This document shows positions 57,967 through 64,000 of a stretch of 64,000 bases of DNA, one piece after another. Below the pieces are notes generated by a model. That model did no database searches. It was not told the DNA's origin and saw nothing but the letters and a program-made list of their open reading frames with translations. The stretch comes from Terracidiphilus sp. Its GTDB lineage: Bacteria; Acidobacteriota; Terriglobia; Terriglobales; Acidobacteriaceae. The stretch covers positions 11,684-75,683 of the forward strand of contig JBEKCX010000001.1 in the NCBI GenBank assembly GCA_050014655.1. The letters are read 5' to 3'. Position 1 is the first letter of the stretch, and every line of letters starts with the position of its first letter. The position numbers and the translations under genes were made by a program.

Positions 57967-59331
57967 TCAGCCCTTGATGGTCTTTGCCGCCGCATCCCAC
58001 ACCGCCACCGCGCGGTGGAAGTAAGAGTAATTGGCCAGGTGGCAGCCGATGGCCGCATTGTTGCCGAAGACCTCGTCCTCCACCACATGCTCCCGAGTCT
58101 CCACGGCGCTGAAGAAGTTGGCAATGTGATCCGCGGTGTCGTCGTAGCCGGGCGGCAGCGCGTAGCTCTCCGTCTCGCCCAGCGCCGCGGGCGGAGCCGG
58201 ATGCGCGGCGTTCCACTCCGCCAGTCCTTGCTTCTTCTGCGCCGCCGTCATTCCGTTCCATCCGTAAGTCTCAAAGCGCGGCCTCACGTCCTGCGGCGTA
58301 AAGGTCAGCGAGTTTCCCGCCACCACCATGGTTCCCAGCGACCCGTAGATGCCGATGCGGTCGTCCCCGTCGTTGTTGTTCTGGTTGCAGTGCAGGTGCA
58401 CCTGCATCCCAGGGTAGTCGTACACCGTCTCCAGCAGATCCGGAAAGTCCCGCCCATCGTTGAAGTGGTAGATCGCGCCGCTCGAATAGGCCCGGCTGGC
58501 CACGATATTCATTCCCGTAATCCCCTGAATCCCCGACAGCAGATGCACAAACAGATCCCCGGCCAGCCCCGCTCCGTAGTCGGCAAAACACCGCCAGCGG
58601 AAGAAGCGCGCCGCGTCGAAGGGCCGCTCCGGCGCATCCACCAGAAACTCCTTCCAATCGATCGTCTCTGGGCTGGCGTCCGGCGGAATCGGATACACCC
58701 ACGCCCCGCCCGGCGAGTTGCGGTTGATTTGCGCGTCGATCCAGTGCACCTCGCCCAGCCGCCCCGAGCGGTAGATCTCCCCCGCCTTCTTGTAGAGAAT
58801 CGAGCTGACGCGCTGGCTCCCGGCCTGGAAGATGCGCTTGCCCGCCTGCACCGCCTCCACCATCGCCGCGCCATCGGCCACGCTGTGCGAGATCGGCTTT
58901 TCGCAATACACGTCCTTGCCCGCGGCGACGGCATCCAGCGTAACCCGCCGGTGATGGTGGTCGCTGGTGGCCACAAACACCGCGTCCACATCCTTGCGGT
59001 CGAGCAGTGCACGGTAGTCCCGTGTGGTGGGAATCTCCGCGCCCCAGGCCTCTTTGGCCGCCTGGTGGCGCGTCTCGTAAAGGTCCGCCGCGCCCACGCA
59101 CTCGCCCGTGGGCACCGCCCGCGCCGACCGCAGCAGGTCGCAGCCGCGAATCCCCGTGCCGATCGAGACGAAGCGAATCTTCCGCCCAGTTGCCCCGCCG
59201 GCGCTTCCGCCGCCAACGCTCTGGGCCCTTATCGCCGCCGGCTCCAGCAGCGTCGCCTTCATCGCCGCTCCCGCCGCCACCGCGCCCGCCCCCAGCCGCA
59301 CAAAACCCCTCCGCGTCATCGATTGCACCAT
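57967..59331 (-). CDS. Tat-exported Gfo/Idh/MocA oxidoreductase
   Basis: TRRGFV; IGTGIRG, DAVFVAT.DH.H, KDVYCEKP, QAGSQR, GLAGDLFVH. Confidence 0.92.
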   Translation of the reverse strand: MVQSMTRRGFVRLGAGAVAAGAAMKATLLEPAAIRAQSVGGGSAGGATGRKIRFVSIGTGIRGCDLLRSARAVPTGECVGAADLYETRHQAAKEAWGAEIPTTRDYRALLDRKDVDAVFVATSDHHHRRVTLDAVAAGKDVYCEKPISHSVADGAAMVEAVQAGKRIFQAGSQRVSSILYKKAGEIYRSGRLGEVHWIDAQINRNSPGGAWVYPIPPDASPETIDWKEFLVDAPERPFDAARFFRWRCFADYGAGLAGDLFVHLLSGIQGITGMNIVASRAYSSGAIYHFNDGRDFPDLLETVYDYPGMQVHLHCNQNNNDGDDRIGIYGSLGTMVVAGNSLTFTPQDVRPRFETYGWNGMTAAQKKQGLAEWNAAHPAPPAALGETESYALPPGYDDTADHIANFFSAVETREHVVEDEVFGNNAAIGCHLANYSYFHRAVAVWDAAAKTIKG

Positions 59332-59439
59332 CGGTACGCCCTCCGCGTGAAGCGCCATTTTCGCTCCCCAACCCAACAAGTGTCCACAAACCTCGCCACC
59401 GTCGCCACGCAATCATGGGACAATGATCTAGTAAACGTC

Positions 59440-61185
59440 ATGACCAACGATAGCCTTCCCCAATCCGCCCCCGAGCCCACCCCAGGCGAGATCGCCGAAC
59501 CCACGGAATCCTTCGCCGATTTGCTCTCCGCCTTCGAGCGCGCTCACTCCCACAAGGGCGAGCCCGGCGCAAGGCAGTTGCAGGGCACCGTCGTATCTCT
59601 CTCCGCCGACCAGGTCTTCCTTGACATCGGCTACAAGACCGAAGGCGTTCTGCCGCGCTCCGCCTTCGACAACAACGCCGAAGCGGTCAAGGTCGGCGAT
59701 AGCTTCCCGGTCTCCGTCACCGGCCGCAACGAGGAGCGCTACTACCAGCTCTCCCGCTTCCGCGTTGCGCAGCCCCGCGACTGGTCCGCCCTCGAGGCGG
59801 CCTTCGCCGAGAAGCTGGCCGTCGTCGGCACGGTCACTGAAGTCATCAAGGGCGGCCTCTCGGTGGATATCGGCGTGCGCGCCTTCATGCCCGCCAGCCG
59901 CAGCGGAGCCAAGGACGCAGCCGAGCTGGAGAAGCTGGTCGGAACCGAGATCAACTGCCGCATCACTAAGCTCGACGTCACCGACGAGAACGTAGTCGTC
60001 GATCGCCGCATCGTTCTCGAAGAGCAGGCCCGCGGCCTCCTCCAGGCCCGCCACGACGCCCTGAAGGAAGGCGACGCCGTCAGCGGCACGGTCCGCAGCC
60101 TCATGCCTTACGGCGCATTCATCGATCTGGGCGGCATCGACGGCCTTCTCCACGTCAGCGACATCTCCTACACCCGCATCGGCAAGCCGGAAGACGCGCT
60201 CTCCATCGGCCAGCAGCTCCAGCTCCGCATCCTCAAGATCGATCCCCAAACCAAAAGGATCTCGCTCGGCCTCAAGCAGCTCCAACCCGAGCCCTGGGAC
60301 AAGGCGCCCGAACACCTCGCCTCCGGCCAGCGCATCACGGGCACCGTAACGCGCGTCGCCGACTTCGGGGCATTCGTCGAGATCGAGCCCGGCGTCGAAG
60401 GCCTCATCCACATCTCAGAGATGACCTACGGCAAGAAGGTCCGCCACCCCAGCGACATTCTCAAGCCGGGCGACCGCGTCGACGCCGTCATCCTCTCCGT
60501 CAAGCCTGAGGAGCGGCGCATTGCTCTCGGCCTCAAGCAGACCCTCGCCGACCCCTGGATCGAGGCCCCGCGCAACTTCCCCGCCGGCGCGCAGATCGAG
60601 GGCCCGGTCACCAAGCTGATGAACTTCGGCGCCTTCGTGCAGTTGGCCGACGGCATCGAGGGCCTGGTCCACGTCAGCGAGATCAGCCCCGACAAGCGCA
60701 TCAACCATCCCCAGGACGTGCTGCGCGTGGGCCAGGTGGTCAAAGCTCAAGTCCTCGCCATCGACCCCGACAAGCGCCAGGTCAAGCTCAGCATCAAGCA
60801 GCTCATCCCCAGCCACATCGACGAGTACATCGCCGAGCACAAGGCGGGCGATGTGGTCAGCGGCCGCGTCGTCGAGCAATCCGCAACCCTGGCCCACGTC
60901 GAACTGGGCGACGGCATCCGCGCCATCTGCCGTACCGCCTTCGCCACCCCCAGCCAGGCCCCATCCGCGGCCAATGCCGCCCCGCCTCCCAAATTCAAGC
61001 CCGAAACCAAGCCGCCCGCCAAGCCCGACCTGTCGTCTCTCGGTTCCATGCTCAAAGCCCGCTGGAAGGGAGACGCCCCCGCGTCGCAGTCAAAGCCCCA
61101 GCCCCTCGGCGCTGGTCAGGTCCGCAGCTTCAAGATCGTCCGGCTGGACCCCGAAGCCAAAAAGATCGAAGTGGAGCTGGCCTAA
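59440..61185 (+). CDS. Ribosomal protein S1-like multi-S1-domain protein (probable divergent rpsA paralog)
   Basis: FADLL N-terminal helix, DIGYKTEG, repeated GAF(I/V)..G(I/V)(D/E)GL.H(V/I)S(D/E), RISLGLKQ; degenerate C-terminal domains. Confidence 0.88.
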   Translation: MTNDSLPQSAPEPTPGEIAEPTESFADLLSAFERAHSHKGEPGARQLQGTVVSLSADQVFLDIGYKTEGVLPRSAFDNNAEAVKVGDSFPVSVTGRNEERYYQLSRFRVAQPRDWSALEAAFAEKLAVVGTVTEVIKGGLSVDIGVRAFMPASRSGAKDAAELEKLVGTEINCRITKLDVTDENVVVDRRIVLEEQARGLLQARHDALKEGDAVSGTVRSLMPYGAFIDLGGIDGLLHVSDISYTRIGKPEDALSIGQQLQLRILKIDPQTKRISLGLKQLQPEPWDKAPEHLASGQRITGTVTRVADFGAFVEIEPGVEGLIHISEMTYGKKVRHPSDILKPGDRVDAVILSVKPEERRIALGLKQTLADPWIEAPRNFPAGAQIEGPVTKLMNFGAFVQLADGIEGLVHVSEISPDKRINHPQDVLRVGQVVKAQVLAIDPDKRQVKLSIKQLIPSHIDEYIAEHKAGDVVSGRVVEQSATLAHVELGDGIRAICRTAFATPSQAPSAANAAPPPKFKPETKPPAKPDLSSLGSMLKARWKGDAPASQSKPQPLGAGQVRSFKIVRLDPEAKKIEVELA

Positions 61186-61230
61186 TAGGCGGAGCTTGCG
61201 TGGCATCACTCCACGCCTTGCCAACTAAGC

Positions 61231-61362
61231 TGTTATCCTGAGCGCAGGTCGCCGCTGCGACCGAAGTCGAAGGACCCGCGTTTCGCGCTCTTTCCCTCGC
61301 ACAAATGCTCCGTGCCCCATCTTTGCGTCCGCCGCGGCGGATTCTGTCGCAAAAGTGGGATA
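61231..61362. repeat. Adjacent REP-like elements (TGTTATCCTGAGCG family, then GTGCCCCA...TGGGA family)
   Basis: 61231-61276 is similar to 23315-23359; 61312-61360 is similar to 39182-39223. Confidence 0.7.
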
Positions 61363-61410
61363 CCTCGCAGCCTTCACAGAAAAGAGTGAGAATACGTCAG
61401 AGGTAACGAC

Positions 61411-62046
61411 ATGAATCTTTCGCGGTTTCTTCCTCTTCTTCTGCTGCTTACGACGCCGTTGGCTCTTGGCCAAGCTGCCCGCCAGACTAGGCCTGCTAGT
61501 CCACCCGACCGGCCCGAGGCGCTTGTTTGGAGCCTGTATCAGCAGGTGGTGGCTCGTCACCCGCTCGGTATTCCCGAGGGTGAGGACATGAAGATTCTCG
61601 CGCCGTATCTGAGTAAGGCACTTCTACATCGGATCGATCTAGCTGAGGCTTGCTTCGGAGATTGGAATCGGCAGTATCCAGACCTGAATTTGAAGCCGGA
61701 TTTTGCCTGGTTTGAGAGCGGACTGTTCTCGGGTGACGACGAACAGGCCGAACCGCGAGGCTTCCAGATCGAAAGAACGGAATCACAGAAGAACGGCTCA
61801 TTTCGCGTGTATGTTCGACTCACCTACGGATCGCCGCCTGTAAAGCCCTGGATTTGGCAGGTTGCGGCAATTGTGGTGCAGGAAAACGGTCATTTCGCCA
61901 TTGACGACGTTATCTACCTGAAGGAGGGACCGGAAGGCAGGCGGCTTGTAGATTCCCGGCTCTCGGAGTATTTGTCCCAGGGATGCGACGGCGCTCGCTG
62001 GGTCGGTTACGGAAACCAGCAAGACGGCCTGAAGCAGCAAAGGTAA
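61411..62046 (+). CDS. Lower-GC exported protein, DUF3828/YbjP-like
   Basis: Signal peptide; PEALVWSLY, LAPYLSKAL, ENGHFAIDDVIY, LSEYL pattern. Confidence 0.6.
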   Translation: MNLSRFLPLLLLLTTPLALGQAARQTRPASPPDRPEALVWSLYQQVVARHPLGIPEGEDMKILAPYLSKALLHRIDLAEACFGDWNRQYPDLNLKPDFAWFESGLFSGDDEQAEPRGFQIERTESQKNGSFRVYVRLTYGSPPVKPWIWQVAAIVVQENGHFAIDDVIYLKEGPEGRRLVDSRLSEYLSQGCDGARWVGYGNQQDGLKQQR

Positions 62047-62286
62047 ACGGCCCCAGAACCGGGGCCGCGCCTGCAACCGTCAACAGATTCTTCCCCAGCA
62101 TGAAGAATTTCGCCAAAGGTAGCGGCGCTTCCGCTTTACAACGCCATTACATTCCCGGCGGCCGGCCTGAGGGCATGAGCGACGCCAGCCGAGGCGGAGT
62201 CCGGCTCTGGCCGGCTCCCAGACCGTTACCAACGCGCCGCCAGCCGTAATCATGCGCATCCAGCGGTTTCTGCTTAGAATCTCTTC

Positions 62287-62565
62287 ATGAACGACCCCTT
62301 TGTCTCTCTTTCCCGGCTGCTCTCCGACGTCATCCTGCCCAACCTCAAGGCCGTGCAAATGAGCCAGGCCGAACAGATTGCCGCCAACGACCGGCTGGAA
62401 ATGGCCATCGAGGAGTTGCGCCTGCATCTGGAATCGCAGTTCGCCCAGCTCTCCGCCCAGCTCACCGCCTGCCGGGCCGAGCTGGCCGCCACCCAGGCTG
62501 TGCTGAAGGCAGCGCAGGCGCACGGCGGCTTGCGGGCGCTAGATCGGCCCGCGCTGATCCACTGA
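62287..62565 (+). CDS. Small coiled-coil hypothetical protein
   Basis: LLSDVILPNLKAV followed by a heptad-rich helix. Confidence 0.6.
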   Translation: MNDPFVSLSRLLSDVILPNLKAVQMSQAEQIAANDRLEMAIEELRLHLESQFAQLSAQLTACRAELAATQAVLKAAQAHGGLRALDRPALIH

Positions 62566-62814
62566 GTCGCGGTTCCGCCTCAGTCATGGGAGATTGGGCA
62601 TTTTGATCTCTGGAAGGTGCGGATTCCGGGCCGATTGCCGATGGCCGGAAAAAGGCGCCTCCGCCGGCGCGCGAACTCAATCCCCCTAAATCTGCATCGA
62701 AATCCGCGCCCGCTCTGTTCCCATCCGCCCGGATGCGATAGACTCATGCGGGAACCTTCAACGCAAATCGCGATCTTCAAACTCACGGAGGATACATAGG
62801 AATTGGGAAAAAGC

Positions 62815-63363
62815 ATGGTCCCGAGGAAGCTTTTCTTCACCAAGGGCGTAGGCAAACACAAGGAGCGGCTGACCTCCTTTGAGCTGGCGCTTCGGGATGC
62901 GGGGATCGCCTCGCAGAACCTGGTGCGCGTCTCCTCGATCTTTCCGCCGCGGTGCAAGGTGATTCCGCGCAAGGAAGGCCTCACCTACCTGAATCACGGC
63001 GAGGTGGTCTTCGCGGTGATCGCGGAGAACTCGACGCGCGAGCCGCATAGGCTGCTGGTTTCCAGCATCGGCGTGGCCATTCCCGCCGACCGCAACACTT
63101 ACGGCTACCTGAGCGAGCACCACAGCTTCGGCGAGAGCGAGGAGCAGGCCGGCGAGTACGCCGAGGAGCTGGCCGCCGAGATGCTGGCCACCACCTTGGA
63201 TGTGGACTTCGATCCGGACAAGAGCTGGGACGAGAAGAAGGAGATCTACCGCATCTCCAACAAGATCGTCCGCACCAGCAACATCACGCAGTCGGCCGTG
63301 GGCGACAAGCGCGGGCTGTGGACCACGACCATCGCAGCCGCGGTGCTGATTCTGGACGAGTAG
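62815..63363 (+). CDS. pdaD: Pyruvoyl-dependent arginine decarboxylase
   Basis: [23 protein letters not shown] self-cleavage Ser-Ser site, YGYLSEHH. Confidence 0.88.
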   Translation: MVPRKLFFTKGVGKHKERLTSFELALRDAGIASQNLVRVSSIFPPRCKVIPRKEGLTYLNHGEVVFAVIAENSTREPHRLLVSSIGVAIPADRNTYGYLSEHHSFGESEEQAGEYAEELAAEMLATTLDVDFDPDKSWDEKKEIYRISNKIVRTSNITQSAVGDKRGLWTTTIAAAVLILDE

Positions 63364-63469
63364 GCATTGCATCGAGCAGACCATTCAGGCCAACCCGGAT
63401 AGAAGGGGTTGGCATTGCTGCGAGTGCGGGGGTCTGCCGGCGCGGGATGGATCGAGGAAGGCGAGAGTC

Positions 63470-64000
63470 ATGGCGGATGCGCGTAAATACACGGTAGGCC
63501 TGGTGCAGATGCGCATGGGCGCGGACCCGGAGGCCAACTTCGCCTCGGCCGTCGAGCGCATCGACGAGGCGGCGCGGCGGGGCGCGAACATCGTCTGCTT
63601 GCCGGAGCTCTTCCGCACCCAGTACTTCTGCCAGTGCGAGGAGCTTGCGCTCTTTGACCTTTCGGAGCAGATTCCCGGTCCGTCAACCGCGCGGCTGGCC
63701 GAGGTGGCCCGCAAGGCCCGCGTCGCCATTGTCGCCTCGCTCTTCGAGCGCCGCGCGCCGGGGCTCTATCACAACACGGCGGTCACGCTGAATGCCGAAG
63801 GGGCCATCGCCGGCGTCTACCGCAAGATGCACATTCCCGACGATCCGCTGTACCACGAAAAGTACTACTTCGCCCCCGGCGATCTGGGTTTTCAGGCCGT
63901 GGATACCGCCTTTGGCCGCGTGGGCGCGCTCGTCTGCTGGGATCAGTGGTATCCCGAGGCCGCGCGGCTGACCGCGTTGCAGGGCGCCGAGGCGCTCTTC
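63470..64000 (+). CDS. aguB: Carbon-nitrogen hydrolase, N-carbamoylputrescine amidase-like (3' truncated; not in the ORF track)
   Basis: Manual translation from 63470: MADARKYTVGLVQM...CLPELF..QYFCQ...YRKMHIPDDP.Y.EKYYF...VCWDQWYPEAAR (Glu-Lys-Cys triad); follows pdaD. Confidence 0.85.
   Translation, partial: MADARKYTVGLVQMRMGADPEANFASAVERIDEAARRGANIVCLPELFRTQYFCQCEELALFDLSEQIPGPSTARLAEVARKARVAIVASLFERRAPGLYHNTAVTLNAEGAIAGVYRKMHIPDDPLYHEKYYFAPGDLGFQAVDTAFGRVGALVCWDQWYPEAARLTALQGAEALF

Noticed and set aside
57835-59439. Apparent 1116-aa S1 fusion protein
   Set aside because: The N-terminal half is the antisense frame of the Gfo/Idh/MocA gene; the real start is about 59440.

Overview
High-GC (~65%) bacterial chromosomal window. 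Gene content and style (MFEDS-type TonB, carboxypeptidase-regulatory-domain TonB receptor, GroEL insertion, REP-like palindromes) suggest Acidobacteriota (Terriglobia); this is an inference. Most of the window is housekeeping: topA, mscL, accD, cobO, rlmH, rsfS, nadD, ftcD, yebC, purQ, groES-groEL, an S1-like protein, pdaD and aguB. The most striking part is a ~16 kb locus (6966-22801). It holds only the T6SS membrane/baseplate-docking genes tssK-tssL-tssM, with no tssJ, sheath, tube, VgrG, ClpV or FHA gene in the window. Around them lie a PP2C phosphatase, a soluble TPR-repeat Ser/Thr kinase, a large exported TPR protein, a membrane protein with a degenerate class III nucleotidyl-cyclase domain, and a Pro-rich membrane protein with ~8-9 copies of a G-x-F-T-x-L-L motif. 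Other notable items: a PIN toxin-antitoxin cassette flanked by an exact 27-bp duplication of the groEL terminator, several lower-GC single genes bracketed by palindromic repeats, inverted heptamer arrays, tandem CIRCE-like operators and a strongly structured tonB leader. No rRNA, tRNA, CRISPR array, integrase or transposase was recognised. All calls come from motif recognition by eye; no database search was run.
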